A stretch of DNA of 64,000 nucleotides, from positions 63,922,001 through 63,986,000 of the forward strand of contig NC_043010.1 in NCBI RefSeq assembly GCF_006345805.1, written 5' to 3'. The notes beneath the pieces were generated by a model. That model saw only the letters and a program-made list of their open reading frames with translations. It had not been told where the DNA came from and made no database searches. A program made the translations under genes and the position numbers. Shown here piece after piece: positions 26,650-39,371 of the stretch. The number at the start of each line of letters is the position of its first letter. Within the stretch, counting starts at the first letter, position 1. This DNA comes from Octopus sinensis. Taxonomy: Eukaryota.

Positions 26650-27600
26650 GTTTAAATTAATATCTTTGTTGTTAAAACCAATTATGGGGAAATTTCTTCT
26701 TCGCTCAGATCTCCAAGTATCTGAAGTAGATTCTTGGAGTTACTCGTATGTTAACTCCTTAAAACTTTCAGAAGTGAGGGTCTCATGCAATAAATCCTGA
26801 ACATCAGTTGTATGAACTTCTTCATATCGCCTTCTTGCACCACTTTTAACAAGGCTAATACTCTTTGAAACTGTTCATCCCACATCTCAAGGTTTTCCTT
26901 AACTAAATATGGACACAAATTTCTCCAAATCCCAATGAGACAATTAGGTCTTTCATTGCTTCATAATGCAGTTTCCCCAGAATTCTTTGACAGCTTATCA
27001 TCAGTCACTGTAACCAACTGATTTACAAGTTGTTTTAGATCAGTGGTTCTCAACTAAGGTTCATATCGCCTTAAGCGTTCACATAAGATTTTTGAGGGTC
27101 CACATAATAAAATAGTAAATAGTGGATCCACAATAGTATTTTAGGGGGCCCTGAAATTTTTTCCTTCAAATGTATGTATTGGTATGTATTGCAAGAAACA
27201 ACTAAGTTTATTTCTCTAGCATTTTACAAAATTCAACCTACATAAGTAAATACGTGGAAAACAAAATAGGAATTTTGAAAGAAGTTTCTATAAAACTAGT
27301 TTTTAAACATCGACTGGCTATGGGGGTTCACCAGAGTAAAATAGTAACCAAAGGGGTCCATAGATAAAAAGCAGTTGAGAACAACTGGCCTAGACAAATA
27401 TGCTTTGAAAACGGAAATATGTCAATATAGTTATAAGCTGTAGCAGTGAAGTTAGCGGAATGAAAACTTCAGTGGGAAACAACGTTTGGAGTGAATTGAG
27501 ATTTGAATAATAACCAAAAGCAAGAGTAACGTTGGTTGAACATTGTTCTTTTATGAAACTGGAAACAAATTCTGTGTAAAACTAAATTTTCTGTTAGATT
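26650..27600 (-). mobile_element. Tigger/pogo transposase relic, interrupted by a hAT MITE
   Basis: Minus-strand GIWRNLCPYLV and EEVHTTDVQDLL..LTSESFKEL resemble the Tigger C-terminus; heavily degraded. Confidence 0.5.
27041..27387. mobile_element. hAT (Charlie-like) MITE
   Basis: TIRs CAGTGGTTCTCAAC ... GTTGAGAACAACTG; flanks contain TAGA but the TSD is imperfect. Confidence 0.75.
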
Positions 27601-28653
27601 TCGGTATAACAAGCATTTTAGATCTAAATACCACATCCGTGGTTGTTGTATCGCAATGATAAAACAAGCAATGGTTTAACAAGCAAATCTTGAGTGACAT
27701 TTACTCCTAACGATAATGTGCGACGGTATTTTACTGTTTTATATTCTGGCGCCTTTTTTTTTTCAGAAGGTAAACATTTCTACAACAGCTCACATTCATC
27801 GACATTAAAAACTAGATTTGGTGGACGGATTATCATCATCATCGTCGTCGTTATCTCGACTGAAATTTCCTACTTCACATTATTTTCATTTTACTTAATC
27901 AGTGCCCTTTTTTCACTCCAAATCTAAAATATTACTGCAACTATTCTAAGGTCTAGTGAGCACGAGTATGACAATGTTTCACTGAGGAGGTATAATAAGA
28001 TTGAAACATGTCTATAGTTGTCACAGGATTTGCTGTCCATCAATCTCTCCTCTCGCCCTATGTCCACATTAAGAATTTAATCAGTTGAATTGGGGGGGGG
28101 GGGTCCCCTTTGCCGTTCTTGCCAATATGAATCAGTTGAGTGTGGAATTTTTTGTAGGTTAAAGTTTTGTTCGCATCAAGAAGAAACGAGATGCGGAGAA
28201 GCTTGCAAAGTCGTGAGTAAGGTGAGAGGGGATTTGAGAGATAAGGAAGGGTTTATCGATTTTAGTACGTAGTATAAAGTCTTACCGATGCAGATCAACA
28301 CCAGTCTGTATGTGGGTGTATGTGCACATGTATGTATGTATGTATGTATGTATGTATGTATGTATGTATGCATGTATGTATGTTTGTATGTATGTATCAA
28401 TATATATATTCATACATACATACATACAAACATACATACATACAAACATATATATATATATAGATTCTTTTACTTGTTTCAGTTATTTGACTGGAGCACC
28501 GCATTTAGTCGAACAAATCAACCCCAGATCTTAATCTTTGTAAGCCTACACTTATATCGGTCACTGTTTTGCCGAGCCGCTAGTTACGGGAACGTAAACA
28601 CACCGACATCGGTTGTCAAACACAGACACACAAATACATTCATATACACACAC

Positions 28654-28684
<31 letters not shown>

Positions 28685-28888
28685 TATGAATGTATTTGTG
28701 TGTTGCGTATATATATATATATACACGACGGGCTTCTTTCAGTTTCCGTCTACCAAATCCACTCACAAGGCTTCGGTCGGTCCGAGGCTATGGTAGAAGA
28801 TACTTGCCCAAGGTGCCACGCAGTGGGACTGAACCCAGAACCATGTGGTTGGAAAGCAAGCTTCTTACCACACAGCTACTCCTGCGTT

Positions 28889-28948
<60 letters not shown>

Positions 28949-28956
28949 GGTGTGTG

Positions 28957-29015
<59 letters not shown>

Positions 29016-29212
29016 ATTATACTCATAATGCCACGCCTAAAAAAGATAAGTATTGGGGTTAATTAGTTTGACTAAAACCCTTCAAGGTGTGCCCCAGTAT
29101 GACCACAGTCCAATGACGGAAAGAATTAAAGATAAGTGCGCTCACGCGCGTGTGTACTATGAACGAGTTAAGCAACAGAAAAACCCTTAATGAGGCTAAT
29201 TTAAGCTCTAAC

Positions 29213-29255
<43 letters not shown>

Positions 29256-29399
29256 TATGTATAAAAAAATTACAAAAGGGGACAAGAACGCAAACCACAC
29301 AAAGAGACGACACATAAAAACAGACGGGTCATCCGAAGCCTCTAATCTTCAGTCGGGAACCGGATCATCTTAGCAATTTCGGCTGATATATATATATAT

Positions 29400-29558
29400 A
29401 CATACCAAAGTAAGTACATAAATGATGGGAAAAAATAGTACTCGAGAACCGGAGGTAGAGTAATATGCTTTATTATTGATAAAGCTGCAAAAACATCACA
29501 AAAATACCACAGAAAGTGCTACTCAGAGTTTCACGTTCCCGTTCATCGGACTGTTTAG

Positions 29559-29560
<2 letters not shown>
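29400..29560 (-). mobile_element. PLE-type terminal fragment in (TA)n, with a degenerate hammerhead-like core
   Basis: Minus strand CCGATGA-ACG-GGAA-CGT-GAA-ACT-CTG-AGT-A; bounded by (TA)n on both sides. Confidence 0.5.
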
Positions 29561-29614
<54 letters not shown>

Positions 29615-29616
<2 letters not shown>

Positions 29617-29820
29617 AGTCCGGACGCCATGATAGATCGTTAGCTCCTACACGCATTTTTTTCTCTCCTTGTTTTTTTTCGGTGTATCTTTCTGTCGAAG
29701 AGCGTAGGCTCGAAACGTAAAAGACTTTTTCTATTTCTATTCCTGAGCGCTATACTAATACATTTGTTTGCTTGTACTCCACCTGCCTTCGTCTTTTGTT
29801 TATTTTCGTAAACTTTCCCG

Positions 29821-29822
<2 letters not shown>
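29615..29822 (+). mobile_element. PLE-type terminal fragment in (TA)n, with a hammerhead-like fold
   Basis: Second copy at 36029-36221; contains TCTTT-CTGTCGAA-GAGC-GTAG-GCTC-GAAAC-GTA-AAAGA. Confidence 0.55.
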
Positions 29823-29863
<41 letters not shown>

Positions 29864-29998
29864 TCGCCATACTAATATGGCATTCTTATAAAATAAGAAT
29901 AAAGCTGTCCACTGTTCTCTTTTAGAGAGACTTAGTAATTTTAATATTTCTATTATATATATATATTATATATATATATATTATATATATATATATTA

Positions 29999-30036
<38 letters not shown>

Positions 30037-30976
30037 ATATATATATATATATATATGAATTTAAAATAATAAGGGTGTAAAATTGAATATTAATTTGATT
30101 AATATCAATTTAAAACAAGTGGTCTAGCATATTGAAAAATCTGAAGTTTCTTAGTGGTAAGACCATAGTAGATCTTCTTCTAGCATAATGGATGTCCACT
30201 CACAGGTCATCCCTCATATATGTATGTAATTATATACTCTTTTACTTGTTTCAGTCATTTGACCCCGGGACTTATTCTTTGTAAGCCCAGTACTTATTCT
30301 ATCGGTCTCTTTTTGCCGAACCGCTAAGTGACGGAGACGTAAACACACACCAGCATCGGTTGTCAAGCAATGCTAGGGGGACAAACACAGACACACAAAC
30401 ACATATATACATATATACAACGGGCTTCTTTCAGTTTCCGTCTACCAAATCCACTCACAAGGCATTGGTCGGCCCGGTGCTATAGCAGAAGACACTTGCC
30501 CAAGGTGCCACGCAGTGGGACTGAACCCAGAACCATGTGGCTGGTTAGCAAGCTACTTACCACACAGCCACTCCTGCTCCATATATATATATATATATAT
30601 ATAATTAATAAAAAATACATATATATTGTTCCATTTCTTTGCATGTATGTATAATGTTCGTGCGTTTGTGTGGTATAGTTGAAGCCTTTTTCCTTTCGCT
30701 TTTCCGTCGTCCGATATCTCTTCTCTAATCTCCTGACCCTCTTCCCTCCACCCATTCTTATCCTTCCCTCTCAGTCTCTCGTTACAAAACTCCAAAAACA
30801 AAGAGCTGCTGTTGGCTACGACCGACCGACCGACCGACCGGCTCGAATCTGCGGAGACCTGTGTAACATTACCACCCCGCTACCACTTCTCCTACGATAC
30901 CACCACCTCACACTCTCCCCTCACACTCACTATCTTCGTACAGCCGCCCCGCTATCATCTTACAGTAACTCCAGCA

Positions 30977-31012
<36 letters not shown>

Positions 31013-31099
31013 ACCAAAAACAACAACAACAACAACAACAGAACCACCAACGTCGCCGCCGCCACACTCTATAAATGCGTTTATTTCATTGACGTTTAT

Positions 31100-31418
31100 T
31101 AACGTCTACGCATACATACATACATACATCATACATACATACATACATACATACATACATACATACATACATACATACATACATGCTTCCATGCACATGT
31201 GAGTATGCGTGTATTTGGGTGGGTGTGTCTCTATGTGTGTGTGTGTGTGTGTGTGTGTAAATTAATATAAACAGCTAGGCGCAGTGTAATACCAAAAGGA
31301 AACGATATATATATATATATATATACATATATAATACATATATATATACATATATATAAACATATATATACATACGTATATATATACATACATATATAAT
31401 ACATATATATATACATAC

Positions 31419-31480
<62 letters not shown>

Positions 31481-31599
31481 AATGTATATATATATATACA
31501 TATATAATACATATATATATACATACATATAAACATATATATACATACGTATATATATATATGCATACATACATACACACAGTATATATATATATAATA

Positions 31600-31640
<41 letters not shown>

Positions 31641-31660
31641 TATATAATATATATATATAA
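31100..31660. repeat. (CATA)n, (TG)n and (TA)n compound microsatellites
   Basis: Directly visible. Confidence 0.9.
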
Positions 31661-31781
31661 TGTTCGAACGCCTCAGCGAGCCATTAGAAGCAGTGAGGCA
31701 GCTGTTCTTAAAGGTAAGATCCAAATTGAAGAATACAAGAACACACTTAAGTCTGAATATTTGTGTGTGTGTGTGTGTGTG

Positions 31782-31815
<34 letters not shown>

Positions 31816-32474
31816 TTGTTGGGAAACTGATGCCTGTGGGGGTTAGAGAAGGAGTAGGTGGGTTGGTGGGTGGGTGAAAGGGGCCCTCCACGTTTTTTTT
31901 ATTACTTGTATTTACCTGTAATTATCGTTTATATATGTTGGTTTAACTACACCTGTCCTAAGACCATCATAACATACTGGCGGCGTATTCATCATCATCA
32001 TCATCATCATCATTGTAGTCGACAACAAGAACAAGAACAACGATGACACTGTGACACGCCAACAAAGTAACTTGTATGTGGTTTATAGGCCGGTTAGAAA
32101 TAGCAGCCAAATCTTCCTTAAATCCCTCTTAAAAATTAAAGGACACTGGATAATTTAACCCGAGCTGGGCTATTCCAAAGAAACAGGAAGTCATGATGGT
32201 CACGGCCGGAATAACCATAAAATCACGAGAGGACCGACGAACGACAAAAACTATCGACAACTACAATTAAAGGTGATGATTCAATGTGGAAGCCTTTATT
32301 GGATAACTCGATCTGCTAGAAATAACACCCAAAGTCTCTCAAATCACACTACGGTCTTGCAAATAATGGAAGGACACTTTGGATGGTGTAGTCCTAGATA
32401 TATTTAGATTGAGTAGATGATGGGACATGAAGCGTTTGATTGGAGGTTTTTTCTGGATCGGGCTAACCTGGGGT

Positions 32475-33190
32475 TGCATCATCATCATCATCATCATTAT
32501 CAGCAGCAGCAGCAGCAGCAGCAACAACAACAATTACTACATTCTCAACGCTACCAGATAAAAATAATCGCTGCTGCCGCTACCACCATGACCACCACTA
32601 CGAACTGAAACAACCACAAACCATCGGCCAAAACAATCGTTACCACGACGCTGACGACGACGACGACGATCTCCACCACCACCACCACCACCACCACCAC
32701 CACCACCACCGCCGCCGCCGCAACCACCACCACCACCACTGCCGCCACTACCACCACTGCTGCGAGTATCACTGCTATCACCATCATTGATTGCTGCCAC
32801 TACCAGCATTACCTATTTCTTTACTGCTCACAAGGGGCTACACACAGAGGGGACAAACAAGGACAGATAAACGGATTAAGTCGATTATATCGACCCCAGT
32901 GTTTCGCTGGTACTTAATTTAATCGAACCCGAAAAGATGAAAGGCAAAGTCGACCTTGGCGGAATTTGAACTCAGAACGTAGCGGCAGACGAAATACCGC
33001 TACGCATTCCGGCCGGCGCGCTAACAAATTCTGCCAGCTCACCACTACCAGCATTACCACCAACACGACCACCACCGTTGCCGCCGCCGCCACCAACACC
33101 ACCACCACCACCATCGCCGCCGCCTCTACCACCTCCAATATCACCACTGCTTCGATGACCTGCACCAGCAGCAGCAACAACAATCAGAGT
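32475..33190. repeat. Compound trinucleotide arrays (CAT, CAG, CAA, CAC, CCG) split by a SINE
   Basis: Directly visible. Confidence 0.9.
32813..33041 (-). mobile_element. Family B SINE with a 16-bp TSD
   Basis: TSD CCACTACCAGCATTAC at 32797-32812 and 33042-33057. Confidence 0.9.
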
Positions 33191-34004
33191 TAATAATAGC
33201 ACCTACATTTTCCTCAAATCATTCAGTACTGAGAAAAAAAAAAATGGAAACACGAATTTAGTTGGTTCTAAGCAGACAGATTGGTCCGCACACAGCAGGA
33301 GTGCTCCAGCATGGCCTCAGAAACCACTTAACACAATACAGTCCCCAGTGAGATAATACTTGATTATTTTTAATTAATTCCTATGCTGTATGGTGCATTA
33401 TGTCATTATCAACGAACATTTATTGTCAGCTCGGCTCGATCGGATGATATAGTCTGGATAGTAATAAAACAATGGATCTCCGTCGGTTTCGACGATGAGG
33501 ATTCAGCTGTTCAATCTACTAATAGTTTATGTGCCCACTGTATTGACATGAAAGTGGCTGAGTACTCCACAGATATGATGTACCCTGAACGTAATTCTCA
33601 TGTAGGTTAGTAGGTAGACAAGGTTGTATGTACCCTTGCGTTGCAAGTACAATCCAAATCCGAAGGGTTTCTGCATAGTTTCCATTTCAACCAGTTTAGC
33701 TCTACAGATTTCGGTTGACCCGAGGCAATGGTAAAAAGACACTTGTCCAAGATGTCACGCAGTGGGATCGAACTTGGAGCTTCGTGACAGCAAAGTTGCG
33801 AACTTGTTACCCATTCGTCCAAGCTGGATATTAAGAGTTCGAAAACGGAAGAAATTGCTTTACCTTGCGGGAAAAAACAAAACCACTGATGTTTTGGCAA
33901 GTCCAGTCTATTTGTACACATGACTTGTTTAAGCACACTTGCTTTTAACCCCTAGCTTGTTTTTTTATTACGCCTTTCCTTCTTTCTTACTTTCTTTCTT
34001 CTCC

Positions 34005-34104
34005 NNNNNNNNNNNNNNNNNNNNNNNNNNNNNNNNNNNNNNNNNNNNNNNNNNNNNNNNNNNNNNNNNNNNNNNNNNNNNNNNNNNNNNNNNNNNNNNN
34101 NNNN
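34005..34104. other. Assembly gap (exactly 100 N, probably a placeholder for unknown size)
   Basis: Run of N. Confidence 0.99.
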
Positions 34105-34493
34105 ATAAATAGATACACACACACACACACATACACACAGAGTGTTTCTATATAGGTGTAGGCTGTATGTATGCCTGTAAAATATGCCATGTGTATATAA
34201 TGTATCTGCTACAGAAAAGCTGTCCAACACGTGCGCCAGTGTGGAAGTATGGAAAAGCAAATGTAAAGTGATATAATGTGTGTCTGTTAGTAAAGGTACC
34301 TGAAGAAAATCTCTGAGCCCTATTCTCCTACCAAGATTGTAATTCTTGAGGGATGGAGTCCCTGTATAAGGTTACATTCATGTTCATGCATCCACCCACC
34401 CTCCCCACACTGCTCAGCCATATTATCATATTTCCTGTTCCATTATACACTTTGTTGAAGATATTTGAGCTGGTATATAATATACATATAATA

Positions 34494-34528
<35 letters not shown>

Positions 34529-34561
34529 CATGCATATATATATATACATGTAAATATATGC

Positions 34562-34627
<66 letters not shown>

Positions 34628-34631
34628 TATA

Positions 34632-34682
<51 letters not shown>

Positions 34683-34755
34683 ATATATATACACAAATGT
34701 ATATATAATTATATATATATATATATATATCAATGGAAATAGTAGTTGTGATACC

Positions 34756-35265
34756 TGTGCCGGTGGCACATAAAAAGCATCATCCGAACGTGATCGATGC
34801 CAGCGCCACCTCGACTGGCTTCTGTGCCGGTGGCACATAAAAAGCACCATCTGAACGTGACCGATGCCAGCGCCACCTCGACTGGCTTCTGTGCCGGTGG
34901 CACATAAAAAGCACCATCTGAACGTGACCGATGCCAGCGCCACCTCGACTGGCTTCTGTGCCGGTGGCACATAAAAAGCACCATCCGAACGTGGCCGATG
35001 CCAGCGCTGCCTTGGCTGGCTTCTGTGCCGGTGGCATGTTAAAAGCACCAACCGATCGTGGCCGATGCCAGACCCCTCTGGCACCTGTGCAGGTGGCACG
35101 TAAAAAGCACCCACAACACTCGCGGAGTGGTTGGCGTTAGGAAGGGCATCCAGCTGTAGAAACACTGCCAGATCAGACTGGAGCCTGGTGCAGCCCCTGG
35201 CCTCCCAGATCCCGGTTGAACCGTCCAACCCGTGCTAGTGCGGAAAACGGACGTTAACGATGTAA
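34756..35265 (+). repeat. 67-bp tandem repeat (5 units plus a shorter one) leading into a retroposon 3' tail
   Basis: TGTGCCGGTGGCA-type cores at 34756, 34823, 34890, 34957, 35024 and 35086, followed by ttaggaagggcatccagctgtagaaac...ggacgttaacgatg and an A-rich end. Confidence 0.9.
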
Positions 35266-35279
35266 AAAAAAAAATGTAT

Positions 35280-35785
35280 TTATATGTACTATATATATAT
35301 TATATTTATATATATAAATAATTGTATATATTTGTACATATATAATTGCATATATGTGTATATATATATAATATTATACATAATTGCATATATATATGTA
35401 CATATATATGTATATATATATACATATATATATATATAATTGCATATATATGTACATATATATGTATATATATACATATATATATATATAATTGCATATA
35501 TATATGTACATATATATGTATATATACATATATATATATATAAATGGCATATATATATGTACATTATATGTATATATACATATAGTATCTATATAATTGC
35601 ATATATAATGTACATATATGATGTATATATATACAGATATATATATATAATTGCATATATATATGTACATATATATGTATATATATACATATATATATAT
35701 AATATATATATAATATATATATATATTATATAATATATATATATTATATATATATATATATATATGTACATATATATATATATAT
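35280..35785. repeat. (TA)n array with recurrent ATAATTGCAT/GTAC sub-units
   Basis: Directly visible; the higher-order unit is irregular. Confidence 0.9.
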
Positions 35786-35941
35786 TGCTAGGGGATTTTG
35801 AGACTGATAACCTGGGGTAAAACTCAATATATGTATGTTTCAGAGCAAAGTGTTGGATGAGTATAGACTGATAAAAAGAAAAAGAAATGACAAAAAAACT
35901 ACGGTTATGTTCTGAACTTTGTTAGCTAATGAACTTCATAC

Positions 35942-36019
<78 letters not shown>

Positions 36020-36028
36020 ATATATATA

Positions 36029-36221
36029 TGGACCATAGCTCCTACACACACGCATTTTTTTCTCTCCTTGTTTCTTTTCTGTGTATCTTTCTGTCGAAGA
36101 GCGTAGGCTCGAAACATAAAAGACTTGTTCGATTTCTATTCCTGAGCGCCATACTAATACATTTGTTTGTTTGTACTCCACCTGCCTTCGTCTTTTGTTT
36201 ATTTTCGTAAACCTTCCCATT
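36029..36221 (+). mobile_element. Second copy of the PLE-type terminal fragment at 29615-29822
   Basis: High visible identity; also bounded by (TA)n. Confidence 0.7.
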
Positions 36222-36239
36222 ATATATATATATATAGGT

Positions 36240-36410
36240 ATATACACAAGGAGTGCTGAAAAGTCCTGGCTATACGGGTATTGTGAAAGATCTGGTTGGA
36301 AGCCCAACCTTTTGAATCTTTTACAGGGCTTAGTAAAACTGAAGGGCCACTGCAATAAGTTTGCGAATTTGTGAGGGGAATGAATATGTTGAATAAAATC
36401 ATAATTAACA
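36240..36410 (+). mobile_element. Mariner-type non-autonomous element fragment
   Basis: Starts tatacacaaggagtgctgaaaagtcctggct, resembling mariner TIRs after TA; the other end was not found. Confidence 0.4.
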
Positions 36411-36676
36411 TCTATCCATGTATGTGTGTATGTGTGTGTGTGCGTGTGTGTGCATGTGTGAGTGTGTATGTATTCTATGTGAACATGTATACTTTAAACA
36501 TCTGTATCTGTGTATATGTATTTTAACATGTATGTTGTTTAGTGTACTTATATGTGTGTAATTATATATATATGTGTATGTATATATATATATATGTGTG
36601 TGTGCGTGTGTGTATATATGTGTGTGTGTATATATATGTGTGTGTGTGTATATATATATGTGTGTGTGTGTATATA

Positions 36677-36742
<66 letters not shown>

Positions 36743-36778
36743 CACACATATATACGAATACATATGTATATACACACA

Positions 36779-36818
<40 letters not shown>

Positions 36819-37524
36819 TACATATGTATATACTTACATATATATACATGAACACACACACATATGTATGTATATAAATATATGCATATATATTGTGTGT
36901 GTATATATATGTGTGTGTGTGTGTGTATGTGTATTTGAATGTGTGAGTGTGTGCACATGCATGTATATAGACCTTGGTTATGAGTTCTGTTCAATCAACC
37001 CAACAGACTTCTCATTACATTAGTATAAGAGTGGCTGAATATTCCACAGACATGTACTTTAATGTATATATTTCTCAGGCATAATTAGCCTATGTGTGAT
37101 AAGGCTGCACTGGTGCAATACTGATAACATCTGAAAGGCTTCAACACAGTTTCTATCTATGAAATTTCACTTATATGTCTTGGGTCACCCAAGGGTTTAG
37201 CAAAGCACATTTCTTAACCAACCTGACACACACACACACACACAATAAAGTATGTATTCAGAGTAATCTGGTTGTTAATCTGAAGTGGAATTTCAAGAGT
37301 CAAGTTAAGTGGATGTCCACCTTGAAATGCAATGAAGAAAAGTCAATAAAGAATGAAAATGAGCTAAAAATACAAACAAAACAAGACGTAATGAGAACGG
37401 ATTTTAATTTAATGCTTGAAGAACATTTGAAAGAAAAGAAAAGAGAGACAGGAGGAAAACGATGAAAGGGAAAACTGAAGGAAATAAAGTTGGAGAGGCA
37501 AACAAAAAAAAAAAAAATCTTAGG

Positions 37525-37975
37525 TGCAGGAGTGGCTGTGTGGTAAGTAGCTTGCTAACCAACCACATGGTTCCAGGTTCAGTCCCACTGCGTGCATCTT
37601 GGGCAAGTGTCTTCTGATAGCCCCGGGCCGACAATGAGTGGATTTGGTAGACGGAAACAAGAGCCTGTCGTGTGCTGGGTTGGTAAGTAGCTTGAACCAA
37701 CCACATGGTTCCAGGTTCAGTCCCCTGCGTGGCATCTTGGGCAAGTGTCTTGTATAGCCCCGGCCGACCAATGCCTTGTGAGTGGATTTGGTAGACGGAA
37801 ACTGAAAGAAGCCTGTCGTATATGTGTGTCTACCAAATCCACTCACAAGGCTTTCGTTGGCCCGAGGCTATAGTAGAAGACACTTGCCCAAGGTACCATG
37901 CAGTGGGGCTGAACCTGGAACCATGTGGCTGGTAAGCAAGCTACTTATCATACAGCCACTCTTACGCCTATAAAA
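37525..37975. mobile_element. Cluster of family A SINE heads: two on + followed by one on -
   Basis: Matches to the 19704-19865 head region; the + copies carry many 1-nt deletions. Confidence 0.85.
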
Positions 37976-38362
37976 AAATCTTTGAAAATGAAAATTTTAA
38001 AGGGGACACCATATTCACCATCTCCTTCAATTACTGCTTCCCATTTGCTTGGCAGACGTCAGACCGTCATTTAAAGATGTTTTTGTTAAATATTTTTATT
38101 GTTTTTGTTGAAAAAATTTGTTGACAAAAAGCTGCAATAATTTTGCACCAACCCAATATTCAATGACTAAGGTAGTAGGGTGAGTTATTTCCTCTTGAAT
38201 GCCTCAGATTTCCCAAATATCTCATCTCGTCTCTAAATAGGGATCTTGGTTGAACTCCTATTTTACTTTTCTGTCTAATGCAAAAATCACACCTTTTTGT
38301 TCTGCTCTTTCTGAGTAATATCTTTTGATAATTCTCCATTTAATGTTGTAGATTTTTTTCTT

Positions 38363-39371
38363 TTAATTACTAAATACACCGTCATTTGAGTGGTTACTTT
38401 TGTTTGTGACTTACCCTCTTGTTTATTTTAGTATTGTGCTGTGTTATGTGTATTGCTTTCTTCATTAACTGTCTAATTTATCCTGGATAGTATAGATGTA
38501 TTTTTTACTAATGTTTCCCCTCATATGATGCAATAATAAGGTGTGCTCCCTACATGAACCCTGTAACGCATGATTCAGGTAAACTAGAACACGGTTGTGT
38601 TTTCATTACATCTATAGAATTTATGAAACTGATGCTATTTCTCTGAAACCTAAAACAACAAGGCTTGCAAACAGCTCACAGGAGTGTCAGAAAGCAAATT
38701 TAAACAAAGATTCTAGAATCATTTGACCTTCTTTAAAAATGTCAAAAAAAAAGATGAGAGCCACAAAATTAACTTTTAATTAACTGTTAAATTAACCTTT
38801 AATTAACTGTTAATTTAATGATGCATTGTGATCTTGAGCAAAACACTTTATTTCCAATTGCTCTAGTCCACTCAGCTGGCAAAAATGAGTAATCCTGCGA
38901 CGGACTAGTGTCCCGTCCAGGTGGGGATTATACACACAGCTGAAGGTTAATTTTGTAGCTCTCATCTTTTTTTTCTTCTTTTTTTGTTTTGACATTTTTA
39001 AAGAAGGTCAAATGATTCTAGAATCTTTGTTTAAATTTGCTTTCTGACACTCCTGTGAGCTGTTTGCAAGTCTTCTTGTTTTAGGTTTCAGAGAAATAGC
39101 ATCAGTTTCATAAATTCTATAAATGTAATGAAAACACAACCGTGTTCTAGTTTACCTGAATCATGCGTTACAGGGTTCATGTAGGGAGCACACCTTATTA
39201 TTGCATCATATGAGAGGAAACATTAGTAAAAAATACATCTATACTATCCAGAATAAATTAGACAGTTAATGAAGAAAGCAGTGCACATAACACAGCACAA
39301 TACTAAAATAAACAAGAGGGTAAGTCACAAACAAAAGTAACCACTCAAATGATGGTGTATTTAGTAATTAA
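38363..39371. repeat. Long inverted repeat: arms 38363-38773 and 38946-39371, 172-bp spacer
   Basis: Arms are reverse complements with only scattered mismatches and a longer poly-T tract in the right arm. Confidence 0.95.

Noticed and set aside
30679-31102. GC-rich ORFs with poly-R/Q/A runs, and similar ones at 32339-33202
   Set aside because: Explained by CCG/CAA/CAC/CAG trinucleotide arrays; no evidence for exons.
34756-35110. CRISPR-like array
   Set aside because: Units are directly adjacent with no unique spacers, there are no cas genes, and the context is eukaryotic.
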